64,000 nucleotides of DNA. Source: Lingula anatina. Lineage: Eukaryota; Animalia; Brachiopoda. Below are positions 50,620 to 63,540 of the stretch, in pieces. The notes beneath the pieces are model-generated. The model was not told the DNA's origin. It saw nothing but the letters and a program-made list of their open reading frames with translations, and made no database searches. Position 1 is the stretch's first letter. Every line of letters begins with the position of its first letter. The translations under genes were made by a program, and so were the position numbers. The stretch lies in the NCBI GenBank assembly GCA_051362555.1, contig CM120643.1:3782001-3846000 (forward strand), read 5' to 3'.

Positions 50620-53250
50620 AAGAAGTCTTGTATGGGTATATATTGTTTTCCAGATGACAGTTATAGGTAATTTGCAACCTCCTACACAAACAAACTCATA
50701 AAACAAACTCAACTCATTACATTTGCTGTTTTCTTTGATAGTGAATAATACATTGTAATATTGATTCGGAAATATTTCTTTTCAAATTGGTTAATTCTCT
50801 CTCTTCTGATTATCAATTTCCAATAAACTTGACACTTATAAAAAGACATAGACTACTGATCATCTTATCACAGATTTTCATTGTTGTTAAGCATCATTTC
50901 TACAGATTTCAGAAACACTGGACAAAATTTGTCAAAATTTTTAACGTTTAACTGTTTTGAGTCATGGAATTTGCCAGTGTTTTCTGTGTAATTTCCAGTT
51001 TTCTCAAATATATCATCAGAAGAAAATAGTTTTCCTTAGATACAGTCAACTGATCATCTTATCACAGATTTTTATTGTTGTTAAGCATCACTTGTAAAAA
51101 ATTAAGAAATATTGGACAAGATTTGACAAAATTATTATCGTTTAACTATTTTATGTCATGGAATTTGCCCGTGTTTTTGAGTAATTTTCAGATTTCTCAA
51201 ATATATCGTCCAAAGAAAATGCTTTTCATTAGACATGGTCAACTGATCAGCTTATCACAGATTTTAATTGTTGATAAGCATCATTTGTACAAATTTCAGA
51301 AATATTGGATTAGATTTGACAAAATTATTATCGATTAACTATTTTAAGTCATTGCATTTGCCAGTCTCAATGTTATTTTCAGCTTTTTCAGTTATATTGT
51401 TTTTTTTTCCAGAGTACCCTTACCATAAAAAGGCAGGCAGTGAAAGACAGCACCAAGAGCAGCACTATGTCTTATCCATGTGTACAATACATGATATGAT
51501 TTAGGATATTGTCAAATATTGTGCTTACAGCAACCCATTCCAGAAACCCATTGTAAGGAGTAATCTGCATCTGGCATTGATAGTAAGGAGAAGTGTTGCA
51601 TGGGTATATATTGTTTTCCAGATAACAGTTATAGGTAATTTGCAACCTTTTACACAAACAACCTCAAGTCATCACATTTGCTATTTTATTTTATATTCAC
51701 ATTGCAAAATTATTAACATTTAACTATTATAAGCCATGGAATTTGCCATTGTTTTCAGTGTAATTTTCAGTTTTTTCAAAGATATTGTCGCAAGAAGATA
51801 CTTTTTATTAGACACAGTCATTTGATCAGCTTATCACAGATTTTTATTGTTGTAAAGCATCATTTGTATAATTTCCAGAAACGCTGTACAAGATTTGACA
51901 AAATTATTAACGTTTAACCATTTTAAGTCATGGAATTTGCCAGTCTTGTCAATGTAAATTTCAGTTTCCCCAAATACGTTGTCCCAAAAAACACTTTTCA
52001 CTAGATACAGTCAACAGATCATCTAACTAGATTTTTATTGTTGTTAAGCATCATTTGTACAAATTTCAGAAACACTGTACAAGATTTGACAAAATTATTA
52101 ACGTTTAACTATTTTAAGTCGTGGGATTTGTCAGTCTTTTCAATGTAAATTTCAGTTTCCCCAAATATATTGTCTCTAAAAGATACTTTTCATTAGACAC
52201 AGTCATTTGATCAGCTTATCACCGATTTTTATTGTTGTTAAGCATCATTTGTACAATTTTCAGAAACACTGGACGAGATTTGACAAAATTATTAACGTTT
52301 AACTATTTTAAGTCCTGGGATTTGCCAGTCTTTTCAATGTAAATTTCAGTTTGCCCAAATACGTTGTCCCAAAAAACACTTTTCATTAGATACAGTCAAC
52401 AGGTCATCTAATCACAGATTTTCATTGTTGGTAAGCATCATTTGTACAAATTTCAGAAATATTGGATTAGATTTAACAAAATTATTATCGTTTAACCATT
52501 TTTAGTCTTTGCATTTACCAGTCTTTTCAATGTAATTTTCAGTTTTTTCAGTTATATTGTTCTTTTTCCAGAGTACCCTTACCATGAAAAGGCAGGCAGT
52601 GAAAGACAGCATCAAGAGCAGCACTATGTCTTATGCATGTGTACAATACATGATATATGGCAAGATTTAGGACATTGTCAAATACTGTGATAGCAACAAC
52701 CCATTCCAGAAACCCATTGTAAGGAGTAATCTGCATCTGACATTGATAGTAAGGAGAAGTCTTGTAAGGGTATATATTGTTTTCTAGACGACAGTTATAG
52801 TTATTTTTCAGCCTGCTACACAAACAAACTCAAATCATCACTTTAGCTGTTTTCTTTAAAAGTAGATAATACATTGCAATACTGAAATATTTCTTTCGGT
52901 TAATTCTCACTCTTCTGATTATCAATTTCCAATATACTTGACACTTACAAGAGACACAGATGCTTGATCAGCTTAACACAGATTTTCATTGTTGTTAAGC
53001 ATCATTTGCACAAATTTCAGAAACACTGGACAAGATTTGACAAATATTAACGTTTAACTATTTTAAGTCCTGGGATTTGCCTGTCTTTTCAATGTAAATT
53101 TCAGTTTTCCCAAATATGTTGTCCCAAAAAACACTTTTCATTAGACACAGTCAACTGATCAGCATATCACAGATTTTTATTGTTGTTAAGCATCATTTGC
53201 ACAAATTTCAGAAATAGTTGACAAGATGTTTTATAAGTCTGAATGGAGGA
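50620..53250. repeat. Degenerate tandem array of about 185-190-bp units with larger internal duplications (HINE/satellite-like)
   Basis: Recurrent GATCAGCTTATCACAGATTTTTATTGTTGTTAAGCATCATTTGTACAAATTTCAGAAA. The block at about 51390-51700 is repeated at about 52545-52860. Confidence 0.8.
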
Positions 53251-53459
53251 GTGTTTTTATACACTGTAAAATGTGACTATAATAAGTGAATGAAAATGTT
53301 TTGGGTCTTAACTTTTTGACTGCCACTAAAAACTGTTTTTAGATTGAGACACTGTATTTGTTTTGCTAATTTTTTTGATTCTGTATTTTAGGAGTAGATG
53401 AAGATGCTGAAGTAGTGTCTAACTAATGTGAACGCGACTATGTGAACACTGTCGCCAGT

Positions 53460-53948
53460 TTTTACTGTACATGTCACACAGGGTACACACTTAAAACTGA
53501 CAGTGTTTACTGTACATGTCACACAGGGTACACACTTAGAACTGACAGTGTTTACTGTACATGTCACACAGGGTACACACTTAGAACTGACAGTGTTTAC
53601 TGTACATGTCACACAGGGTACACACTTAGAACTGACAGTGTTTACTGTACATGTCACACAGGGTACACACTTAGAACTGACAGTGTTTACTGTACATGTC
53701 ACACAGGGTACACACTTAGAACTGACAGTGTTTACTGTACATGTCACACAGGGTACACACTTAGAACTGACAGTGTTTACTGTACATGTCACACAGGGTA
53801 CACACTTAGAACTGACAGTGTTTACTGTACATGTCACACAGGGTACACACTTAGAACTGACAGTGTTTACTGTACATGTCACACAGGGTACACACTTAGA
53901 ACTGACAGTGTTTACTGTACATGTCACACAGGGTACACACTTAGAACT
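53460..53948 (+). repeat. 45-bp in-frame minisatellite (about 11 near-identical copies) inside an EGF exon
   Basis: Unit AGTGTTTACTGTACATGTCACACAGGGTACACACTTAGAACTGAC encodes SVYCTCHTGYTLRTD. Confidence 0.95.
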
Positions 53949-54455
53949 TCAGAAAGACTTTCAGGGGTACTTAGAACTACAGTGAGGATTTCCATTTGAT
54001 ATTATAATTGTGTATTTGGTTGTGACCACATTTATGGGCATACATGAGTGAGTGAGTTCAGAAAACACTATTAGGTAATTCTGATTAACTTAAATTTTTC
54101 TCATTTGAACATTTTGAAAAGTTGACAGTTTAAGAGATACTGTTCAGAAGAAAATTTTCTTCACATTGTAAAGTCATACATATGTGCAAAAATTTATTGT
54201 ATGTCTCATAAAATCAAGTGCAAATTACATTTGATGCTGTTCTCAAATGCCATCCAGTAAGATATTGTTATTTCTGTTGCAGATATCAGTGAATGTGAAG
54301 AAACTCCCTGGGTGTGCAGCCAGTTGTATGAGAAGACTATGGGCTCTTTTCACTGGAAGTGTGTCCATGGCTACTTAGATACAGCTGATGGGTGGACCTG
54401 TAAAAGAAGAGACAGTAAGTAGCAGGGTTCTTTTTGTCTTGATGGTAGTTTTTGT

Positions 54456-54457
<2 letters not shown>

Positions 54458-54494
<37 letters not shown>

Positions 54495-57262
54495 CTTTAT
54501 TGAGCACTAAAATGCATACATATTACATTTTACAGGCTCTCTACACTAGTCATAACAACTTAGCAACAATTATACAAATCTATACAGATACCTATTGAAT
54601 GATTACTGGGAAGCAGCACAGAATAAAATGACTATTGCTATTGGTGGATGTGTCGTTTTTTCAAACTTTCAGTTATATATAGATATAATGTTCTCAAACA
54701 CGATTCACTTTTTGGACTGAGCAGCCACTGAATTTTTTCATGATCTGTTTTCTGCTCAGGAGGTATCATTAATCTAATTCTTCTGTCCCTATGTTCTTCA
54801 CATTTCAGTAAAAAGTGGATCTCCGTTTCAATTTCATTACAGTGGGGGCACTTGCGATTTTCAGTAGGGGTTTTAAGGGACGTATAGCGGCCACGTTCAA
54901 TTTCTAATTCGTGGTCACTAATCCGCATTTTTGCAATAGTCTTCATTTCTGATGGGGTGACTTTCATTGACAGATACAGGTATTTTTCAGGGGTGTAAGT
55001 TTTTTTAAGTAATCTGTATGTCCTGAGTTTACTGTAGTTATCACTTTCCAGGTCTTTCCAAAATACGGTAGTTCCTCAATTTTATTGTTGATAGCATCTC
55101 TTAGGTTTTCAAAGTTATCTAGTGTTTGTGTATCAGTTTTATGGACCAGACCCCAACACTGTATAAATGTTCTTATTGATTCAGACCAACAGGGTCCTTT
55201 TTCTTTTTGCTCCTGTTCATAAATGTTTTGACCAATCTGTTGGAAGGTAGCTCTTTTAGTCTGGCGCTGTATCTCTGTGTCTGTTTTGCAATATCAGAAT
55301 AGAGTGGAAATCTTCCAAATTCAGCTCTACAGGCATTGTTCATAGCATTTTTTCATACACCTAGTGCCCATTTGCACATTTTTAGATGTAGTTGTTCAAA
55401 AGGAAATTTATTTAGTTTTGTAAGTGACATTTGTTTTTCCTTGAATATTTCTTCAGACCAAACTTCACACCCATATAGTAAGATGGGCTTGATAGTTTTG
55501 TCAAAATGTTTTAAGTTGAGTGTGTGGGATGTTATCTTGTTTGAGGACAGGGCTGCTTTAAGAGCAAAAATTGCTTTTAGAGCCTTTTTCTTTAAATTTT
55601 CAATTGCTTTTTTCATTGAACCTGTATTTGTATTAAGGTTAAACCCAGATAATTGTACTCTTTTACTGATTCAGTGGCTATATTATTTATTGTAAATGTT
55701 GTTGCAGAGTCTAATTTTCCTTTTTTTATTGAATGTCATGATCTTGGACTTTTTTTCATTTATGTTTAGTTTCCACTTTTTACAGTAATCTTGCAGTGCC
55801 GTTAGTTTATTTTGTAGACCATCTTTAGATGCTGATATTAGGACAAGGTCGTCAGCATACAAGATGTGATTCAGTCCGTTAATTGCACTGGGCTGGTTAC
55901 AAGAAAGGAAAGCCTCCTTGATGTCATCCATGTATAAATTAAAGAGAGTGGGACTATGATTATCCCCTTGGCGGATTCCTAATCTTGATAGAAATGGGGT
56001 AGTGTAACCTAAACCTACCGAGATGCCTAATCTGGTGTTACTATACATGCTTTTTATGACACAGTAGAATTTCCCCCTAATCCCAAGTTTAAGCAATTTC
56101 AGTAATAGTCCCTTGTGCCATACTGAATCAAAGCCTTTCCTCAGGTCAATGAAACAGGCATATAGCTTTTTGTTTTGATTGAGATACCTGTTGACTATTG
56201 ATTTCAAAGTAAAGATATGATCTGTTGTTCTATAACCTGGCCTGAAGCCTGCTTGTTCTTCACTTAATTTGTTTTCATTGTTAATATGTTGGATGAGCCT
56301 GTGTGCTAAAACTGAATTAAATAATTTCCCTAAGCAACTAGTTATGCATAGGCCTCTATAGTTTTCAGGGTTCATATGTTCTCCTGATTTAAAAAGCGGG
56401 ATTATAATTCCTAGGTTCCAAGATTCAGGGATTTCAGATGTATTTGGCACCATGTTAAATAGTTTTGTGAGCACAACTGCAAAATACTGTACTCCTGCTT
56501 TCAACATTTCATTTCTCACCTTGTCTTCCCCAGGTGATTTCCCATTTTTTAGATATTTAATGACATTTTTAACCTCTTTCACTGTAATAGGTTTGTCAAG
56601 TACTGCTTCACCTGGTAGGCTTTCATAAGATTTAATTTCATTATCTAAGGCATGGTCACCTTCAGAAGGGATCCCACACAAATGGTAGAAGTGGCTAAAG
56701 CATGTATCTGGTCTAATTAAGTTTTGCTGCTCTTTATCATGGTTTAGTTTTTTAAGGGTTTGCCAAAATGCCCTGGGTTTTTTTTCTTCAAGGTTTAACA
56801 GGTCATTTAAGAGTGCATTTTTGTGGTTATGTTTCTTTTCTTTAACTACTTGTTTATACTTTTTTGCAACTTCATGGTATGTGCATGAAATGATGTTATT
56901 TTTTGGGTTATTTTGAAGAAGTTTGCCTAGGTACTTCACATTTCGTTGTATTTCAGCACAAGTGCTGTCAAACCACAGCTGTTTTCTCATTCTATTAGGT
57001 CTTTTTTTAGGCTAATTTTCAGTTCGCTTCTTAATACGCAAGGATGATTTAGCAGCCTTTTCCAAGATGTCTGTAAGTGAGTTGCATGCATTGTGCACAC
57101 CTTCTTTTGTAGCAGGGAAATTGGTAAGTTGCAGTGAGCAAATGTCATTCATCATTGTCTCATTTTCTAGGGCCTCTATGAACTTTTCACGTGAGTTTGA
57201 CTCCCAAATGTAGCGGTCACTGAATCCCTTTACTTGCTGTGTTTGTGCAGACTGTTTGAAAT
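54458..57262 (-). mobile_element. 5'-truncated LINE retrotransposon (RT and C-terminal zinc ribbon), frameshifted, with AATAAA and an (ATT)n tail
   Basis: ORF 55683-56990 has KSPGED, NYRG, QAGFR, FIDLRKGFDSV, GIRQGD..SP.LF and YADD. ORF 54638-54967 has RKCPHC...HFLLKC. Host sequence resumes at 57263, as shown by the paralog at about 60270. Confidence 0.92.
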
Positions 57263-57779
57263 CTTATTGTAATTTTACAGTTTGTTTTTCCAGTACTGTA
57301 GGTTACAACTCTAATGTCACCCTTTTGGATCAAGGGGTTATATTGACGACTAGTTAAGTCTCTCTCTATATATATATATCAGGCAGATCAGTTGGTCTTG
57401 GATCTTTCAAAAAGATGCAATTGTGAGCCTTATAGTTTTGAATCTGTTTCAAATATCCATTTCTGTCTTTATTCTGCTGTGATAAATGTATTTTGAAATA
57501 CTCTATTTACTTGTTTTAAGTTAAGATATAATATATTCAGTTATTCTGCTTCGCATCTTTTAATAAATCTTAAATTAGAAAAATATTTGCTGAAATATAT
57601 AATGATTATAGTAAGTAGTTATTAATATTAGTAATTTCAGTTCAGTTCTTTGTTCATAAAGTTTAATTATGTAACAGATATAGTTAATGGTTATGAACCA
57701 CCTAATGTTTTTCCAGTTCAGTTATATGTATACAGTTTTACTTCAGCTTTTGCTGTATATCATCATTTATATCAAATTT

Positions 57780-59439
57780 ATTTGTTTCCTTTCGAGTCCT
57801 GTGTGAACACTTTTCCATTGAAATACCAGGCTGATTCAACCTTTTCGTGTTTTTTACTTACTTAATAAGCTCAGCGTTTAGTGGTGTGAGGTGGTCGTAC
57901 ATGTAGAATGCATCTTTCAGTGTCCTTTTATTTCTGATTATTTCCACCTTTGACTCTTGGTTGACCATTCTGGCTATGACTGGGCATGCAGCACCATTTC
58001 GTCTGGGAATCGGATGTATGACCAGGATGTTAGCTGGGTTCACATTCACGTTTGCTCGCTCCTTGATGATCTTGCATAATTCAGATCTCAAGTCTTCTTT
58101 GGGGGATTCTGGCCAATCAAGGAACTTAATGATATTTTTCTGACTATACTGCTGATTAAAATTAGCCATTGATAAGGCTAGCTGGGCTTGTCTACAATAA
58201 CTCTTCATCTTGTCATTCATTTTTCTCACTTCTGCTTCTTGTCTTACTAGTTTTTCAATCTTTTCTTTCAAAGGCACTCAACTTGGTCAGGTAGTCTTCA
58301 AGCTTTTTGCTGATCTCACCTTTCTCTGCCTTCCATTTGTTGTTCTTCTCTCTAGCTGTTTGTTCTTCGTCTGTGCGAAGGTGGTGTAGTTGTTGCTGTG
58401 TAGATTCATCTTTCTTGGAGCTTTTTAGAATTTTCGAGGGCTGTTCGTGTTTGTGTCAATTCTTTGTTCATCTTTTCAATCTTGGAGGCAAGCTTGTCTC
58501 TTTCCCTGGTGGTGATTTCAAGGTCTTTTTGGAGCAGTCTTATATAGTTTGAGATCAAAGTTTTTTTTCATAGTGCTGTGGAATTTGGTAAAAACATTGT
58601 TTTCAAAGTCACGTAGAGCTGACTTGCAAATATCTTTGGTTGAGTTAGGCCCTTCATCTTTGTGTTGAGGTGATATCGTCAGGGACCCTGAGGTGGTCAT
58701 TTCAGACACAGTCTGGGAGTGCTGGTGGGTGGAATGTACAGTTACAGTCTGTGTTGCAATGTGCACAAAATTAGGCTTACTGCTTTCTTTTGTTGGCTGT
58801 GGGTGTTGACTGCCATGGTGTTGAATGAAGCCAGTGTTTGTGTGGCCATGTTGATATTGTTACATCTTTCTTGTTTATTTACATTTGACCTTCCATTGAG
58901 GGCTTTCTCAGTGTCAACTTTTACACAACAGATGCAAGTGAATTTCCTTGTTGATTGTGTAAGAATAGATAATTGGTATGCTGGCAGTTCAGTGTATTGG
59001 TAGTGTAACCACAATTTACAGACATTGCATTGTATCATGTGTTCATCTTCTTCCCTATTACAAAGAGAGCAAAGGTTAGATATTTCATCCATAGCGTTAC
59101 TAGTAGGGTCTGCTACCCCATCATCTAAAGTTGAAGTGAACCTAATCCGGTCAGGTTTATGTGACCAGGTCATCGTAGGTCTGATCTAGGGAATCACATG
59201 ACAGAGTACATAAATTAGGACTGTATTCGTGGAGGCTAACGTTGGTATCTTCATCCACAAACACTCGACCGTTGGTAATCTCGTAAGAGTCCAGATATAG
59301 TGCTGCATCCTGTAGTGAGTTAAAGCTTTTATGGCAGGCCCCAGCGAATTTGTTTGTACTTTGTTGCGCCATTGACCATTGCAGGAATATTCCTATATGT
59401 CTCTGCTACTGCATAGAATTTTTTATTATCCGACGGCAT
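57780..59439 (-). mobile_element. Decayed LINE ORF1-like sequence: viroplasmin/RNase H1 hybrid-binding domain, PHD finger, coiled coil and RRM/CTD-like region
   Basis: MPSDNKKFYAVA[fs]GIFLQWSMAQQSTNKFAGACHKSFNSLQDAALYL; CSLC...MIQCNVCKLWLH...FTCICC; QQYSQKNIIKF...PVIARM...DHLTPLN. Confidence 0.7.
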
Positions 59440-59869
59440 TGTGAACAACAAAGGTCGGCTAGGGTTCGAACAAAGACCAAGATGGCATAGTAATGGCCGT
59501 AAGCACGACGGGTAGCAAACACGTCAAATTTTACCTTCACACGTGGTGTAAACACAAAAGTTTTTGTACTCACATAGTCCAGAGGGTCTAATATATATAC
59601 CATGCATATTATTGCTTCGTTTCCCCATCTACTCTCCTTAAACAGGAATTTAGAAGTACATTTCTAGAGATTTCCCTCCTTAGTGCTCGCGCATGCACAT
59701 AATTTGTGTTAGGTATTCTGTGATTGGCTATTGCTCGTCTCTGTTAAATCACGTGGCCTTAACACACTTAGGGTTTTTTTGTTATCAGCTCTCTATTGAT
59801 AAGGACCAATGATATTGCTTGAAATTGTCACACCCCCAACTGTTTCCATTCACTCCGATATAATTCCCT

Positions 59870-60780
59870 GGAGTGAGTTTGTTCAGAATATACTATTAGG
59901 TAATTCTGATTAACTCAATTTTCTTTGCATTTGAACATTTTGAAAAATTAAAAGAGATACTGTTCAGAGGCAAGTTTTCTTCACATCTAAAGTCATACAT
60001 ATGTGTGCCAGAATTCATTGGCCATCACATAAATCAAGTGCAAAATACATTTGATGCTTCATCAAATAGCATTCAGTAAGATATTTTTTATTTCTGTTGC
60101 AGATATCAATGAATGTGAAGAGACTCCCTGGGTGTGCAGCCAGTTGTGTGAGAATACTGTGGGCTCTTTCCACTATAAGTGTGTCCATGGCTACCTAGAG
60201 ACAGCTGATGGGTGGACCTGCAAAAGAAGAGACAGTAAGTAGCAGGGTTTTTTTCTTGATGGTAGTTTTTGTTATTGTAATTTTACAGTTTGTTTTTTCA
60301 GTACTGAAGGTTACAACTCTAATCTTGCCCTTTTGAATCAAGGGGTTATATTGATGACTAGTTAAAGGTATAACAACTCTTTGTATGAGATCTATATTTC
60401 ACAATGAATAGATTGTATAAACAACTCTTTTTAGAAAAAAAAACAATGACTAACTTTGTAGATATGTATTCATTCAGCATTGTTAAGTGTGGGAAAAATG
60501 TCATTTACCCCAAGAAAATTTATTGTTTTGGCCAAAGTGAACAGTTGTTATCCTTTTAACTTTCTATTTATATCAGGCAATAAATCAATTGGTCTTGGAT
60601 CTTTTAAAAAGATGCAGTTGTAAGCCTTATAGTTTTGAATCAATTTCAAATATCCATTTTTGTATTAATTCTGTTGTGATAAATTTATTTTGAAATACTC
60701 TATTTACTTGTCTTTTAAGTGAAGTTATTCAGTTCTGCTTTCGTACGTCTTTTAATAAACCTTAAATTAGAAAAAATATT
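59870..60780 (+). repeat. Direct duplicate of 54047-54457 plus 57263-57600 (EGF exon and flanking intron)
   Basis: The EGF exon copies are offset by 5820 bp and the intron sequence is collinear on both sides. Confidence 0.9.
60366..60555 (+). mobile_element. Internally deleted Kolobok-like MITE inserted at TTAA
   Basis: gTTAA|AGGTATAACAACTCTT...CAGTTGTTATCCTT|TTAA. The paralogous site at about 57353 has a single GTTAAG. Confidence 0.75.
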
Positions 60781-62484
60781 ATTTTCAGATATTGAGCCTT
60801 TGATTTATATTACTAATTTAAAATATGTATGACATGTTAGGCATTTAATTCCAGATATATTTACTGGACAGACTGGGGTCATATCTTTTACATTGCTGGT
60901 GTGGGAGTGGACATCACCAACTGGTCATCTGTGATCACGGAGAAACTGGACTGGCCTAATTCCTTGACCACTGACTATGTCACCAGGAGGATGTGGTGGG
61001 CTGATGTACATCTGGATTACATTGAGTTAGTCTCATATTTTAGTTATAGATTTATTTTCTAGGATAATATCATGGAATACTCATTTTTTATGATTGGGAA
61101 AATGTGGCTAAATTAATATTTGTTTATATATGCTTAATATGCCTTCCCCCTTTTTTTTTCGATAAAATTGTATTATATTGTTTATAACATCTTCAATTGG
61201 GGAATGTAACCAAAATAATTTGGTATATGGTACTGTCACAGGTTATTACCTGCACCACAGCCAAGCAGGTCTGGAGGTTGTTAAGTTGATTTTCTTCTAA
61301 TGGAGACAGTTCACTGCGGGTTTGGAGCTTTTCTTCTTCCATTTAATATATATTAAATAACATGAAATCTAAAATACATATGTTCATTAGATTTCAGGTA
61401 TGCCAACCTTGATGGCAGCCACAGACAGCTAATTGGTCATATCAGAAGTCAGAATAGTCCACATATTTGCCATTGCTGTGTTTGAAGACTGGATATATTG
61501 GACTGACTGGAACCATCTGAGTATTGAAAAAGCTCACAAGTACACAGGCACTAACTAGACATCACTGGTCAACACAATCCACAGGCCCATGGACCTCAAG
61601 GTCATGCATCCTCTGCAACAGATACAAAGCACTGAAAAAAATATTTAGTTTACATTATTTTTTGCTAAGAAAAGACTATTTAGTCATGTATAAAAGTGAA
61701 AATATCTAATTTTGGGATGAAATATATTCATTATGTGAATTTTGATTTTATCATTTTATTTTTCAAGGATTTAACTGAAATAAGTGAAATTAAAAGAAAT
61801 TAAAGTATTTTGTCCTGCCTCTCAGAATATAAGACATTGAGTGATTGCAATAGAATATTTCAATTTAGGTATGTCAGGACATCTGTGGATACCAAATTAC
61901 ACGGAAGCTATGAGAAACATGCCTCTTGATATATAATATGACCAAGAACTTTGTTGTTGTTATTATTTACATGTTTACCTATCCCACATTGTATTTTAGG
62001 TCCAAACCTCTGTGGAGACAACAACAGTGGCTGCTCTCACTTGTGCCTCATCACACCAGGGGGCGCTGGATTCAGGTGTGACTGTGTCCCGTAGTAAGTT
62101 TCTTTTAATGTTTTGTATCAAAGTAAATTAATCTTATGTCAGTCTTGGTTGTCAGTCTTTGACCGTCTTCTGACAGAAATAAATTAGATACCAGTCAATG
62201 TAAACTTGAAAATCTGACCGTCTTCCAGAAGACAGCCTAAATCTGCCCCAGATCATTAATGTTGTCTGCCTATTTCTGCAAAGAAGAAGGTAAGATTTCT
62301 CTCTCTCTCTTGCAAAGAATTTTAGGAAATACCATTAATATTATGTAAAGTAAAGTGTTACTTTCTATTTTTTTAACTAGTCTTACAAGAATGATTCTTA
62401 GGATTGACATACAGCTCATATTAGAAAACCAGCTCTATTGGATTATCATTTTCATTAAATTTATGCATTTTTTTGTGAAATTTT

Positions 62485-63540
62485 CATTTTTATGTATAGA
62501 CACAGATGTGTCTGTACATATAGCCGTCATCTGCGTCTGTCGTCGTCGCCGTCGCCGTGCACTTTTACCGATAACACGATAAGTGGAAAACTGTTTTTTC
62601 TTTTGGCTTGAAACTTACAGAACTAATGAATATTCATAATACGCAGGTCAAGTTCGAAAATCAGCATGATCGGGTCACTAATAGGGAATTTATGCTGTTT
62701 TTTCACTTTTTTCAGCATAACTGAAGCACCGATAACACGATAAGTGGAAAACTGTTTTACTTTTTGGCTTGAAACTTACAGAACTGATGAATATTCATAA
62801 TACGCAGGTCAAGTTCGAAAATCAGCGTGATTGGGTCATTTTTAGTGAATTTAGGCTATTTTTTCTCTTTTTTCAGCATAAATGCAGCACCGATAACATG
62901 ATAAGTGGAAAACCATTTTGCTTTTTGGCTTGAAACTTACAGAACTGATAAATATTCATAATACGCAGGTCAAGTTCGAAAATCGGCATGATTGGGTCAT
63001 TTTTTAGTGAATTTAGGCTATTTTTTCTCTTTTTTCAGCATATATACAGCACCAATAACACGATAACTGGAAAACTGTTTTGGCTTTTGGCTTGAAACTT
63101 ACAGAACTGATAAATATTTATAATACGCAGGTCAAGTTCGAAAATCAGCATGATTGGGTGACTTGTAGGGAAGTTATGCTTTTTTTTAAAAACTTTTTTC
63201 AGCATATATGCAGCACCGATAACACGCTAAGTGGAAAACCGCTTTACTTTTTGGCTTCAAACTTACAAAACTGATGAAGATTCATAATCCACAGATCATG
63301 TTCGAAAATCATCATGATCAAGCCATTTTTAGGGGAGTTAAGCTATTTTTTCACTTTTTTCAACATATATGCAACACTGATAACACTATATAAGAAAAAC
63401 AGATAGGCCAATTGTCATTATACTTACAGGAGTGGTCAATCTTACTAAAATGCAGGTTGAGTTGGAAAATCAGCATAATCTGGCCATTATTTTAGAAGTT
63501 ATGCTGTTTTTTCACATTTCCTCAGATTCAATTCTTAAGC
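62485..63540 (+). mobile_element. HINE/Helentron-like element, 5' part, with a (GTC)n microsatellite and about 161-bp tandem repeats (about 6 copies)
   Basis: A TTTTTATG start, a GTCGTCGTCGCCGTCGCCGT tract, and CCGATAACACGATAAGTGGAAAAC-type units at 62568, 62729, about 62890, 63051 and 63215. Confidence 0.7.

Larger units (their letters stand above)
53392..62090 (+). pseudogene. LRP2: LRP2/megalin-like pseudogene fragment (EGF-Ca, EGF-Ca, YWTD repeats, EGF)
   Basis: Exons 53392-53966 (GVDEDAEVVSN*CERDYVNTVASFYCTCHTGY), 54283-54414 and 60103-60234 ([23 protein letters not shown]...), 60789-about 60840 (truncated, with stop), 60855-61025 (YIYWTDWG...KLDWPNSLTTDY...WADVHLDYIE), 61398-about 61630 ([16 protein letters not shown]...TN*...HRPMD; frameshift), 62000-about 62090 ([18 protein letters not shown]). 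The order is collinear with megalin. Confidence 0.85.

Noticed and set aside
53388-53999. Three long Cys/Thr-rich ORFs resembling metallothionein or antifreeze repeats
   Set aside because: They are by-products of a stop-free 45-bp minisatellite within a pseudo-exon that has an upstream in-frame stop.
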